A stretch of DNA of 64,000 bases from Anthoceros angustus (taxonomy: Eukaryota > Plantae > Anthocerotophyta). A program made the position numbers and the translations under genes. Below, piece by piece: positions 48,901 through 62,299 of the stretch (its first letter is position 1; each line of letters opens with the position of its first letter). Under the pieces are notes generated by a model. The model was given only the letters and a program-made list of their open reading frames with translations, had not been told where the DNA came from and did not search any database. The stretch spans positions 124,001 through 188,000 of the forward strand of contig MU008184.1 in assembly GCA_010909165.1 (NCBI GenBank), given 5' to 3'.

Positions 48901-51900
48901 ACAAAGAGGTGGATGGCGATTTATTTTTGCCATATAACAGTGTGTTGAAATGCTCGCTCTTTGCTCTTTTGTATTCCACCGCTTACAATGATGACATTTA
49001 CTCCGCTTATGGAGATGCGTTCCATGTAATTTGCTCCCTGACCTAAAGGATGGTATGCACACCCTCAAAACGTGGTTGTCTCATTATATGGCTTCTTGGC
49101 TCAAAGGATGACTTGGCATGTAGGAGGGACATGGCGGATCCAGGGTGTGCACCAAAGCCCATTTATGGCCGCTGATGAAACGGTGGATGCCACATTTGAA
49201 AGTGTCAATATGTCATCCCGCTTTGGCCATGCCAATAGTCCATGACCGATTCGGAAGATCCGCCGCCTGTGGTTCTCAACTCACATAGGCGGAAGTTAAC
49301 AAGGCAAATTATCCGGCTTTGGCCATGCCAATAGTCCATGACCGATTCGGAAGATCCGCCGCCTGTGGTTCTCAACTCACATAGGCGGAAGTTAACAGGT
49401 AAATTATGGCTTGAAAACACATGACCGGAAGAAGGTGTTAGAATACTACCGCCAATAGTGTTGCGCGTGCATTGCCAAGAGAAGTATATGACCCCATCGC
49501 AGGCTTGCTCGGTTGTTCCGGTCGGGAGGCGGAGATTGACAAAGGGAAATCGGGCAATGCATTTGCCGGCTCATGAAACGATGGCACAATTGGAAAGAGT
49601 TATGCCTCCCAAGTTCTTTGACATCCAAGTACACATGGTGGTGCACTGTGGATGAAGTGGCGACGCATGGGGCATCCTCGTCGGATGAAACGGTGGATGC
49701 CACATTTGAAAGTCTGAATATGTCATCCGGCTTTGGCCATGCCAATAGTCCATGACCGATTCGGAAGATCCGCCCTTGGTTCTCAACTCACATAGGCGGA
49801 AGTTAACACAGGTAAATTATCCGCTTGAAAACACATGTGGAAGAAGGTGTTAGAATACTACCCAATAGTGTTGCATTGCCAAGAAGTATATGACCCCATC
49901 GCAGGCTTGCTCGGTTGTTCCGGTGGTCGGGAGGCGGAGATTGAAAGGCGAAATCGAGGCAATGCATTCTTGGCTCATGAAACGATGGCACAATTGGAAA
50001 GAGTTATGCCTCCCAAGTTCTTTGACATCCAAGTACACATGGTGGTGCACTGTGGATGAAGTGGCGACGCATGGGGCATCCCCTCCTGGATGTATTTCAT
50101 AGAGCGGTATATGAAAGTTTTAAAAGATATGGTGCGAAACATGGCTCATCCAAGCATGCATGGTCGAGGGTTATTGCATGGGGAGGCCATGTTTTATTGC
50201 GCATAATATTTGGCGGAGAATACACGATGGCGGGACATAGCGGCAACGTGAGCCTAATTTGCTGGAGGAGGATATCCTAGAATCGGAAACCGGAGGATAA
50301 GGAGATGACCGCAGAGGCCCACTTCGAGGTGCACTCGTATATTTTAAGAGCCCTCCGCCTATTCCTTGAGGAGTACCAGACGTATGGGGTCCGGAAGCCC
50401 GCCATCGCTTCGATTGGCTAGGCGAGTCGGCGAGGCACGGTGGGCCCGGGCGGAGATGAACAAAACGCGTCGTCGACGGTGGGCTTGTCCTCACACCGTA
50501 AATTGAGGACCTCATTCGGGGCCCGAGCATGACTCAAGAGCTATCGTACCGCGTGCCTATGGATACCATTACCAGATCGAAAAGGAGATAAACACATGAA
50601 GGCAACCCAGTCAAGGGGTCATTCAATGGTGGAAGGTTGGAGCAGGCGGTAGAGCATACGTCGGGAGAATTCAACAAATCGCAACTCCAAGGCGGCCACG
50701 GCCATTTGTGTTCAAGGTGAAGTGGTACCAATGCGAGGAGAATGTGTCCATGCGAGATGATGTTTCCGTTCCTTTGGTGGACACGTAAAGGAATATGAGT
50801 ACACGGATGGAGACGATGAAGCGGGTCCGTACACATTCCCGGTCAAGTCACACAAGCATTGTTTCATCCTCGCACCTCCCTTCAGCAGGGTGGAGGTCAC
50901 ATGAGTGCCCTACCAGTCCAAACATTATCCAGATTCTCTACATAGGAACATGACGGGTTTTTGACCCCAAGTACCTGCCACGCGTGCATACGGACATCAC
51001 ATCATCCCACGCATGCACCTGCCAAGGACAGACGGCATGCCGCGGAGTGCATGCAGTCCGTGCGCCTGCCTCGGGCGCAACTCCTCACGCCTCCCGGGTG
51101 GTCACGGGAAGGATTTTTGACTGGAGGCAGGGGCGGGTTGACCCCAAGGCAATGCACAGTTGCGCCAACGCCGGGCTATCCCTGAGAGAGTAGGCACCTG
51201 GATTAGACGGGGAGGAGGTAGCAGACGGTTCCATTGCTTTTGTGCATCATTACATACAGTAGCGAATGGGAATGTATGTGACGATCACGAAGACGGGCGG
51301 TCTGGGAAAACAACTCCTGCCCCATCCGCGGACACCTTCCCGTGCCGAGTAGGGCGTGCTTCCTTTCACCAATAGGATAAACATTCCTTTACTACTAGTA
51401 ACGGCACAACGAGAGTGCACTTTACCACGGTGGTTTATTTTACTACACCGATGAAAGGCAGGAATGAAGGGCCGACCGCTCCTGGGACGCATCGCCCACA
51501 TGAACAAAATGAAGTCTCATGAAAAGAAGACTCAAGGAAAGGGCCTCTATGGATTGCCTCCACAACGCTGCAGCAATCTATAAAAGATTTCTAAGATGTG
51601 GCGTCACCGCAATCCTCAAGGAAGACACATCCAGATCCGGGCGCTGACTGGAGCCTCCGAGAGGGCACATCTGTGGATGCACCGCCCATCTCCATGATCC
51701 GCTTGAAATCCAACGCCCGCCTGGGATTGCGCCAATAGCCCGCCCGTCCGACGACATGTGTGGATCGCGCTCGAAGCCTCAAATGCCCATGCTCGCCTCC
51801 TGTGTTTGCTGAGAGTTCTAGGCACTCGCCGCCCATATCCCGGTGCTCGGGTCATCTCCTCCGGACATTGGCGCGTACACCGAACCCGTGAGGAGCAACC

Positions 51901-53230
51901 TTCGTGGAAGAGAAGGCGATTGACGATCCTTGAAGAGGCCGATGCTTGCCAAGGCAAGCTAACACCAAGAGGTGCCGCAAGCGGCATGTAGGAGGTCGGG
52001 CAAGCCGAGGAGGAAGTGGAAGAGCCGGGCCTGGTTTGCTACCATGGGTGCCTCCTATATGCACAATCGGCACCAATGAATCCGCCACGCGCCGAGCACG
52101 GGTGAGTTCCGCACTCACATAGGGAAGTTAACACAATTCGCTTGAAAACACATGACGGAAGAAGGTGTTAGAATACTACGCCAATAGTGTTGCGCGGTGC
52201 ATTGCCAAGAAGTATATGACCCCATCGCAGGCTTGCTCGGTTGTTCCGGTGGTCGGGAGGCGGAGATTGACAAAGGGAAATCGGGCAATGCATTCTTGGC
52301 TCATGAAACGATGGCACAATTGGAAAGAGTTATGCCTCCCAAGTTCTTTGACATCCAAGTACACATGGTGGTGCACCAGTGGATGAAGTGGCGACGCATG
52401 GGGCATCCTCGTCTGGATGTATTTCATAGACGGTATATGAAAGTTTTAAAAGATATGGTGCGAAACATGGCTCATCCAAGCATGCATGGTCGAGGGTTAC
52501 ATGGGGAGGCCATGTTTTATTGCGTATAATATTTGGCGGAGAAACACGATGGCGGGACATCTTGGCGTGCAGCCGAACTAATTCTGGAGGAGGATATCCT
52601 AGGAATCGGAAACCGGAGGATAAGGAGATGACCGCAGAGGCCCACTTGAGGTGCACTCGTATATTTTAAGGCAGCCCTCCGCCTATTCCTTGAGGAGTAC
52701 CAGACGTATGGGGTCCGGAAGCCCGCCATCGCTTTATTGGCTAGGCGAGTCGGCGAGGCACGGTGGGCCCGGCGAGATGAACAAAACGTCTGTCGACGGT
52801 GGGCTTGTCCTCACACCGTAAATTGAGGACCTCATTCGGGGCATGGCAGTCAAGAGCTATCGTAATACGCGTGCCTATGGATACCATTACCGTCGAAAAG
52901 GAGACACATGAAGGCAACCCAGATGGGGGTCATTCGGTGGAAGGTTGGAGCAGGCGTAAGCATACATTGGGAGAATTCAACAAATCACCCAACTCGGTCA
53001 TACGCCATTTGTGTTCAAGGTGAAGTGGTACCAATGCGAGGAGAATGTCTCCATGCGAGATGATGTTTCGTTCCTTTGGTGGACACGAAAGGAATATGAG
53101 TACACGGATGGAGAGCGATGAAGCGGGTCCGTACACATTCCCGGTCAAGTCACACAAGCATTGTTTCATCCTCGCACCTCCCTTCACTGGGTGGGAGGTC
53201 TGCGAGTGCCCTACCAGTCCAAACATTATC
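45940..53230 (+). pseudogene. CACTA TnpD transposase (transposase-associated, Transposase_21, DUF4218 and DUF4216-like parts), frameshifted and internally duplicated
   Basis: IWCPCRFCK, CPKGCMYR, KVMWYLP, GVNPFG, LDVFLQPLYEDLQRLW, TITDYPG..GYMACHMC, LERVMPPKFFDIQVHMVVH and VFKVKWY. Confidence 0.88.
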
Positions 53231-55043
53231 CGATTCCTCTACATAGGAACATGACGGGTTTTTGACCCCAAGTACCTGCCACGCGTGCATACGGACATCA
53301 CATCATCCCATGCACACCGCCAGCGACGCATGCCGCGGAGTGCATGCGTCGTCGCGCGCCGCCTCGGGCGCAACTCCTCACGCCTCCGGTGGTCACGGAG
53401 GATTTTTGATCGGAGGCGGGCGGGTTGACCCCAAGGCATGCAGTTGCGCCGGCTATCCACGAGAGAGGCACATTAGACGGGAGGAGGTAGCGACGGTTCC
53501 ATTGCTTTTGTGCATCATTACATGATAATGGGAATGTATGTGGCGATCACGACGGCGGATCGGAAAACAACTCCCCATCCGCGGACACCTTCCCGTGCCG
53601 AGTAGGGCGTGCTTCCTTTCAATAGGATAAACATTCCTTTACTACTAGTAACGCACGAGAGTGCACTTTACCACGGTGGTTTATTTTACTACATGAAGGC
53701 AGGAATGAAGGGCCGACAACTCTCGGGACGCATCGCCCACATGAACAAAATGACGCAATCGTCTCCGAAGACTCGCGGAAAGGGCCTCTATGGATTGCCT
53801 CCACAACGTCGTTGTGCAGCTCTATAAAAGATTTCTAAGATGTGGCGTCAGCAATCCACCAAGGAAGACACATCCAGATCCGGGGCGACTCGGAGCCTCC
53901 GAGAGGGCAATAATTTCCAGGATGCACTGCCCCATCTCCATGATCCGCTTGAAATCCAACGCCCGCCTGGGATTGCGCCAATAGCCCGCCCGTCCGACGA
54001 CATGTGTGGATCGCGCTCGAAGCCTCAAATGCCCATGCTCGCCTCCTGTGTTTGCTGACAGAGTTCTAGGCACTCGCCGCCCATATCCCGGTGCTCGGGT
54101 CATCTCCTCCGGACATTGGCAGCGTACACCGAACCCGTGAGGGAGCAACCTTCGTGGAAGAGAAGGCGCACAGATTCACGATCCTTGAAGAGGCCGATGC
54201 TTGCCAAGGCAAGCTAACACCAAGAGGTGCCGCAAGCGGCATGTAGGAGGTCGGGCAAGCCGAGGAGGAAGTGGAAGAGCGCGGGCCTGGTTTGCTACCA
54301 TGGGTGCCTCCTATATGCACAATCGGCACCAATGAATCCGCCACGCGCCGAGCACGGGTGAGTTCGCACTCACATAGATGCCCGTGACTTATAAGGACAT
54401 GCACACTGGTCCGAGGGAGGCGGTGTGCGCGAAACTTGAGTGGTCAAGAAGATTCGATGCGCTCAAACCATGAACTCGTTAAATCAAAACCGGACCCTAA
54501 ACCCTACCCATGTTCCTTGGCTTCAAATGCGGTACCCGGGAAGGGTTTCTACCCTTTGCACCGGCCCAAGGAAGAATTGAATTAGGGTTTTTGGTTAAGT
54601 CCCTGGCCGACGGACTCGGAATATGCAGTGTGAGGTGGATTGACATGGTGAAACCTCATATTATTACCGATATTCAAGGAAGATAAAGGCCATAAATGCA
54701 CGGATATTCACCCCAAATTTCACTAATACTTTTTGGTGTGTTAAAACCTGTTCCCACCGGAGGGTAGAGAAGCCGGAACGGAAGCGCACCCCTCTCTCCG
54801 AGGCGCCCTACCATGGCGACTATACATAGGAGGACAATGAGGCGCTTGGGCTGTGGTTTCAAACCGCTATTGGGAACCCCTGTCGCCCGTAGGAATCCAC
54901 GGCCATCGTGCACATCTCTATTGGGCGCTCGCGTGTTGAAGTGCGTGAAGTACGACGCCAAGAAGCGTGGTGAGTGACATTTGTCCTCGAGATTTCCTAA
55001 AAGCATGTGCGTCGACGGGCAACAAGATACCTCTGGAATGTGT

Positions 55044-55119
55044 GATTTGCGATTTGCAGGATGATTTGCGATTTGCAGGATGATTTGTGATTTGCGATTT
55101 GCGATGATTTGCGATTTGC
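55044..55119. repeat. (GATTTGC)n imperfect minisatellite inside the CACTA element
   Basis: About nine GATTTGC/GATTTGT units seen directly. Confidence 0.9.
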
Positions 55120-58100
55120 GGATTCTGAGCAAAAGCAGAATAAAGGCGAGCCCGCCTGCTCTTGCCGTAGACTGAAAAGCATTCACCAAGTTTCATGTTT
55201 CGATTGATGCGGTTAACGTGCGCGACATTTCCATGAGAGGGCGCAGCACCTACCGAGTAACACAAAGAAGTAGAACCGCAAGGTTCGTGACCTTCCTAGC
55301 AACTATCGTCCCACTCGAATGCATCCCCAACATGTCGGGAGCAACGGGTGAGGAATGACGGCGGATCCCACGGCGCGGAGACAAAGACACAGTCGATGCA
55401 CTTCAATCGACGAAGCCATAAGCTCACCGAGTTCTCCATGTTCGGGCTTGTAGCGTCATCGCCATCGGCCTCGCCGACGGGCTGTCCAAGGGTCATATTT
55501 CCTAGCTGTGAACTGCGGAGCGACGCTCCCTTCTGGGCGGAGTTGTTCGACACCAACTCGGTCGTAGTGAAAGACTCAGATGCATCCACCGCCTGCACTA
55601 CACCGGCCCGGCAGGGGTTGGGGCTTGGCCATCCGCCGGCTGTGGGTCACCAGCAAGCGCCATGCTCCAATGCAATGAGAAACTGGGGACATTGGCCTGC
55701 GAGTCCATGTTTAGGAGGAAACAAGCGATATCGAGAAGAACCGTGGCTGCAACGGTCCAAGACTATGTACCTTCTACCACCATTCAACGCAATCGGTTTG
55801 ACCGTCCTTGCATCCCACGCCGCTGGTGAAGCAGAGGTACATTGTAGGGTCGCTGTCACGATAGAACCTACAGATGCGCACGCCTGCTGTATGGGGCGCC
55901 AAGAGGATCGAACAGAGCCCACGCCTGGTACAAGAGGGCGTGTGTGAGGAAGGCCAAAGATCAATCAGCCGCTCCGTGAATCGTGGGGTGGCCTATGGAA
56001 GGCAATGGCACAAGGTATCACCGTACAACAGGCACAATGACTGTGGACAACCATGCACGGATAGGTGTGGTATGGCATTCAAATTTTGAACACTTGCAGG
56101 CAGGGTAGAAAGATCACCAGGCGTGAACATGGATATGCAAGCGCGGGAGCTGAGCACTTCGACAACATCACACACTTCGGTCAAGCTTGGAAGAGGTGGA
56201 ACACGGTGGGAATGGCGCGGACGAAGGTGGGGAAACCTCCTGCGGTGCAAGGTGGGCCGCGGGCAGCGGAAGCGATGGAGGGCGGGCGACGGGGATCACG
56301 GACTCACCATCGGCACTCGCGGCTGGGTTGCAGCGACGATGTCGAGAGAGAACGAGTGCAGCGGAATGCCCGCAAATTGCGTGACGATGGCAATGGCGCC
56401 GGAGGGAGCTGGAACCTGGGTGACCATGAGCGGGCGCCTGATCGCCCGTAGGGCTGGCGTTTGCGGCGAAGAAGGTGAAGTGGTCGGCATGCGCGACGGC
56501 GAGGAACATCCAATCCCAACTCGGATCGGGGTGATGATGAAGTTGCCTCGCCGAAAGCGAGATCTTAGCAACCGGGCAGGAAGCATGGGCGGAGGGAGGT
56601 AGCCGGTGGGGAAGAAGGAGAGGAGGAGAGGGGCGGTTGGAGCCCTGGCAGAGCCGAGGGGGCTTTGTCGAGGCGCAGGTAGCCCATTTCACCGAATTTT
56701 GACATCGCTGGGAAGGACGGGGTTCATACTTGAGGCCTCCCAAGGAGCACATGGGAGCTTGGATCAGCACCCGCGGAAGTCTGTTAGACGCTCGCCGAGG
56801 GGGCTCACCCATTGTGAGTGGCGAGCATGGTGCACCAACCGGCAAACATACATGGCGTGGTCGAGGGAGCTGTTGGAGGACAAGAAAGAAGAGTCGCGTA
56901 AAATCAGCTTGCACCGCTTATCAAGTGGGAGGTGAACAAGCAAGCCAAAGTCAAAGATCTCGGATCCGCCGGGTAGGAAGGCAAGGGCACTTGTGATCAA
57001 CAAAAGGCAGCCGGAGGAAGGCAGAGAAGCAAGCGCATGCCTCCCAACATTGCAAAGGATGTATGGTTGAAGTGCGACAAGAGGAAGAGGCAAGGTATGC
57101 GCAAGTGGAAGCCGGGAGGTGCTTGAACGCCAAGAAGCTGCTAGCGTGATGTCAAGGGAAGGGGGAACCAACGGACCCAACCCATACGGCAGACAAGGGC
57201 GAGAGGGATACTGTGCCAAATTTCGGAAGTGCTGGGGAAGACATCCAACATGGGCAGAAGAGTGCTGGGGTTCCCGGAACGGTGTAGAAAACATGCCAGA
57301 GCTTTGGGCAAGCACATTTCTGGAATTGGGTAAGGTGGTTTGCGTGTTCTTCATCCCGGGGAAATATGGACGGGGTGGTTGGGCTTTGGAAAAGTGATGC
57401 ACACCAAGGGGCGGAAACTGGTGCACATGGCTTGCACATAGACTGAGAATAGCGGACTGCCTGTGTAACTGCGTTTGCACATGCCATGCGAGAATCTAAC
57501 CAGGATGATGTTCTGCAGAGCATAATGGAGAGGAAGGAGGTATGGAGGAAGTGGGAGAGGAGGGTGGAGAGGACGTGCCAGAAGCCCCAATTGGCACCCT
57601 GCCGAATAGTGGCTTCTGTGGGGGCCTGGAAAGTCCGTCTTTGCTTGAGAGGATGGAGTTGGCTACGCCTAGCCACCATCTATCGCTACCAGAGGGAGCG
57701 CTCCAGACTGTTGAGGATGGCGGGGAAGCAAACATAGGGCGTGGACGTGTGCGGAGAGGTCGGTCTGCTACAGTCACTATCGCGGACGGGGGAAGCAATG
57801 CCAGCGCGGATGAGGTGAGGGGCGACCAGGATATGTTGCTTTGCATCACATGCGTTTTTTACAATGACTTTGAAATTGCGTGTGCAGGCAAATTGCGGGA
57901 GACATCAGGAAACATCTGCATCATCTGAAGAAGAGCAATGGTCTCCAAAGGGTGGAAGTCAATCACGGAATTGAAGCGAAGGGAGCGGGGAAGCATGCGG
58001 GGAAGGCTGCCGTTGGGCCGGAGAAAAGGTGCTGCCCTGCACGGAATTACGCGGCGAGGAACAAAGGGAGAGGAAGCACACGACGCCGAGAGCCTGCACC

Positions 58101-59034
58101 CCGTTCGCTGGAGATTATTGAGGGCTGAGATTTCAATGTGAGCGGGTATGGACTGTACAAATTTGAATACGGAAGTAGATGGGGGCGAAAAGTAGGCCCC
58201 GGCCAGGACGCATAGCCTACATCCATCCATCGGCACACCTCATGGCACACCTCGCCGGGCCCTTCCACGCGGACCGACACAATGCCACGGTCACCGTACC
58301 GATGCAGGTAGACAGTGTGGCAATGGACCCAACATGTATTGCATTCAAACGGAAGGGTATATTTAGTAATAACATATTATTAACGTGAATGACAAACAGT
58401 TTAAAACTACCTTACTGCGTAATGAAGAACCATAAATATAGGTCAAAATTAATTAAGTAAAGCATCATAATGGCCTGCCAATCGCCGGCACGGAGAAGCC
58501 CACGTGGATGGATACCGTAGGTTGCACCAGCATCAAACATATGGATGTGACAGGTACGAAGGGCACGTTCAGCAACGGAAATGCCGACGCGTGGACACCG
58601 TGTGGCATGTACTTCGCAGCGAGGCACCCCGACATGTGGCGCCCATGCGGAAAACGGGGTGGACACCAAGTGGCGCTTGCATACGAAGGGAAATATGCAC
58701 GTGCATCGCGAGATATGCACATGTGAGTATGGGGAATGAGTAAAATAGCGCACGCGGTGTGATGGGACATGGCGGCTGGGGCAGGAGAGGAAGCCAAGTG
58801 GCGGCCACAGAGCTCACGGGGAAGTGGGCCAGTTAAGCTCTAACCAAAGGTTACATCCGTTACAAAATGGCTCAGTAACGACCGATAATGTAACGCGTGG
58901 AGTAACATTCTACTCACAAACCCGCCCACGCTTTATTGCCGACAATAACGTTACAAAAGGAAACCATTGTTACAAAACAGGGAATATCGTTACTACAAAA
59001 GCGTTACAAGAGCGCCTACTATGGTGTTGTGGGA

Positions 59035-59580
59035 AGGAATCCCTTCGTCTTTACCGTGTCATGCAAGAAGAAGCCTGCATCTCTGTACCCAACTCTGTGA
59101 CATTTGTGTGCCTCCTGCAGGCATGTACAAATGTGGGCTGGGTCTCAAGCTTTGGAAATAGGGAAGGAGCTCCATTTGTGTGCAGATTAGAGATGGAGGA
59201 CATCAGGCCTGATTTATTTGTAACCAACGATATGTAAGTGTGTGGCAGCCTGGAGGCTGCGCTGAGGGACTGGGTGAAAAAGTTGTTTAACGTGGACTGT
59301 TCTAATCGCAGTACTCCGATCAGGGCATGCATGAATCAGGGGGAGCTTTGGGTCTACAGTGTCATGCAAGAAGAAAGGTACCGCTTTACCCAAGTTTGTA
59401 GCATTTCTGTTCCTCCTGTGCCCAGGCGTGTGCAAATTTGGCAGCTTTGCATCGGGAAAGGCAGCTGCCTGCACAGGTTGAAGAGCAAGGGCTTGAAGCT
59501 GATTGTGGCTGCCAGTTTGATAAACATGGATGGAAAGTTTGGGTGCATGCTTGATGCACATCAGGTGTTTGATTCGTACG
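59035..59580 (+). pseudogene. PLS-class PPR pseudogene, 3' part (continues 39320-40230)
   Basis: ESLRLYRVMQEE..PNSVTFVCLLQAC and VAASLINMDGKFGCMLDAHQVFD. Joins the left flank in frame across the TSD. Confidence 0.85.
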
Positions 59581-60017
59581 TAAAAGGATCATCCCAACTC
59601 GTGCAGGAACCCACATGCGAGGCCGAGCTATGCTATGCCGATGGTGAACCGCATCAAGATGATGACAGCCAGCACAAGTTGAAAGCTCCTACATATAACC
59701 CACATCTTACGAAAGCAGAGCATGGCGACCGATTTCAGAAGACTTTTGTCCCGTGTCGATGGAGCCGGAGCCGCGGCTGCGGTTATTATGAGCTGCCCTT
59801 CCGGGCAGACGGAGGCAATGCTTGACATTCGAATTTCGCTCCCGAGGGCCTCGGTCGGACGTTAGAGCCGGTTGGGAGTGGCAGCAGATCTTGAGGATTC
59901 GCTTAACTTCTGTCTTAGAAGTTGTACTGAAGGCAGATTGGTTTCACAAACAGGAGATCGGTGAATCTTCCTGCAATCTTCCCGCCAGGTTACAAAATTC
60001 GTAAAACCTGCCTGTCG

Positions 60018-61590
60018 TCTAGAATGGAGCCTGGAGCCGTAGTATTCTTCCTCTTGTTCGCGGCCTTCGTGGCTTTAATCATATCCCCCAAATGGTCGAC
60101 GACCTCTTTCAAATTTGCTGCCGCCTCTTGTGAAGACGTTGCTGCCCCCTGCAGCAAAGTTCCAAGGAGTTGGGATTGGGTACCGACCGCAAGAATTGTG
60201 CTCCTGGATGTCCTTCAATGCAGCGGCAATCCCATTGTAAAGCTTGTCACCGAATCTAGCCCTCAGCTGCTTCGACTTGGGATCGTCCGAGTCTACTTCT
60301 TCTGTCCAGTGCATGATGAAACAAAGTCAGGGCAGGATATCGACTCAGCTCGCTACGCAGTGTTCCCTTGTCCTCACCTTCGTCCGCTCCGAGTCGAGGT
60401 AGACCTCCTTGTACGGAAACCAGTCGTGCTTCTTTTATCATGTCATCCCATTCTGAGCTTATTTTCGCAAGGTCAACTTGCCAGTGAGGATGGTTGCAGC
60501 TGGAAATGGGCTTCACCTACATTCAGCTGGGTTTCATGCAGCTGCTTCTGGTTCAACTACATTCACCTGCATGAACGCTAAAGCGGAAATAAAGAGAGCT
60601 TCACCTCTTCTCTTTCAAGTTCGAGCCGCTTCCTTTCAGCTTCATTCTGCCCCTCTTTGATGCTCACTTCCGCATCGCGTTTCGCAAGGTTGCCATTTGT
60701 GCTTCCAACTCACGAGCCCGTCGCTTCATCTCCTGATTGTGCAGCTCTTGCGCTTTTCGAGATTCAGATCTCAGGGGCTCCCTCTGTGTCACAAATTACT
60801 GACTGTTGGCAAAGATGCAGGAAGCATGGAAGCACGAAACCATGACAAATCACAGCTGAGAGGTCCCAAACCTTGTCTGTGCTTCTCTTTGACCAGCTGC
60901 ATTTCCAGCTCCACTTTCTTACTAGCCTGCTCGACAGCCTCCACCCTGTTAGTCATTTTGAAGTTCTCGATATCTGCCTTTGCCTACAACTGCTTTTGAT
61001 GCTGGATGGTTTCATGCAGCTGCTTCTGCAACTGCTCGCTCGTCCTCATTTTCTCTTCCACCAACTGACTCAGTGTCTTTAAAATTATGCTTCTCCCGCA
61101 AGAACTCCCCAACTCTCCCTTTACCATTGTAGTCTTCTTCACGGGCCATCCAACCAAACAGCTCCCTCCCCTTCCGACCGGTCCCATTGTTCTCAAGCCA
61201 ATCTTGCCTTCCCCGATGTTTTCCAAGAAAACTTCTCTCAAACAGTCGGCAGTCCCCATACCCCTCCATATCTCGCTTAAAGATCATAGCCGCAATCTCC
61301 GTGGCCCCGTCGAAACTCGAGAACACCCTCACCTGCTCAGGATGGAACTCAAGCTGCTGCCTCACATCTCCGGGCCCGGGGATGACCCTTCTGCCATCCG
61401 GGCCAACCGTCCCGACATCGTCGATGAGTCCCACCCATGGGTGAACCACCTGGTGCTCGGCCTGAAACCGCACAACGTCACAGCCTGCCCACCCTGGCAA
61501 ACAGTGACACGAAAAGTCACAAACATGACAAGATGCACTCACACAAACCCACCTTCCCGATTCTCCGCCAGCAATCACCCGATCTCCATC
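60018..61590 (-). pseudogene. IDN2/FDM-like copy 3, frameshifted: remnant of an upstream coiled-coil exon, intron, XS, coiled coil, XH
   Basis: VVHPWVGLI, LFGWMAREEDY and QLRARFGDKLYNGI..EHNSCGRYPIPTPWNF. 3' flank is similar to that of copy 2. Confidence 0.85.
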
Positions 61591-61639
61591 CCACACGATT
61601 TTTTGTTGCTAGCCTCAAGTAACTAGTCTTGACAGGCAC

Positions 61640-62115
61640 TGATGGTCTTCAAAGGCGAACTGGGGATTGAACAAATGCTTCCTGCTTAAACAATCAATGA
61701 GGGGGTCTCCCTCTTATACACTTGCCCAGCCAGACTTCGGCTGTCACTCCAAACTGGCGGAGGTTGAAAGACTTCCTGCCCCATCGCCTGCTGGTTATAC
61801 CCTGCAACTAGAGAGTTCCATGTCAAGTCCGTCAAAACAGTTGCTGAGAATCCTCCATGCTGCCACAGTTCGCTCGTACATATGTTTACCAAACTGTTGA
61901 CCATAACCGCATCAGAGTGATCTCCTCTTTCTCTCATTTGTGCATGAAGGTGCTTCCCCGCCTCCCACGCTGAGTTGCCTATACTTGCACACGCCTGTAG
62001 AAGGCACACAAATGTCACCGAGTCGGTAAGCAACTATCCCTTCTTCTTGCGCATCGCTCTGTAGGGATGAAGGGATTCCTGGCTTCATGGTTATAAGGTA
62101 ACATTCCCGATAACT
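61640..62115 (-). pseudogene. PLS-class PPR fragment, inverted paralog of 39320-39620
   Basis: DSVTFVCLLQACASIG..AGKHLHAQM..VNSLVN and TWNSLVAGY. Shares DNA such as ataaccatgaagccagga..gactcggtgacatttg. Confidence 0.8.
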
Positions 62116-62299
62116 GGTGCAAGAACCCACATGCAAGACCGAGCTATGCCGCGACATCGACCAGGACGTCGTCGGTGACGTCGACCCAGGCGTCGCCCGC
62201 GACGGAGGGACCAGGACACAGCCAAGGACGCTTCCAGTCGATGGGACACGAACAATTTATTTGAAGTCCACAGATATGGCAGTGTCGCATTAGACGCCC

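Larger units (their letters stand above)
40231..59031 (+). mobile_element. CACTA (En/Spm) DNA transposon, 18.8 kb as assembled
   Basis: Left end CACTACAACAAGTAGG; right end reverse complement CACAACACCATAGTAGG. 3-bp TSD GGA at 40228-40230 and 59032-59034. GTAAC/GTTAC subterminal repeats at both ends. Internal TnpD motifs. Confidence 0.93.

Noticed and set aside
56296-56586. Pif1-helicase-like motif (APSGAIA..LHSF)
   Set aside because: No Walker A/B or other helicase motifs nearby.
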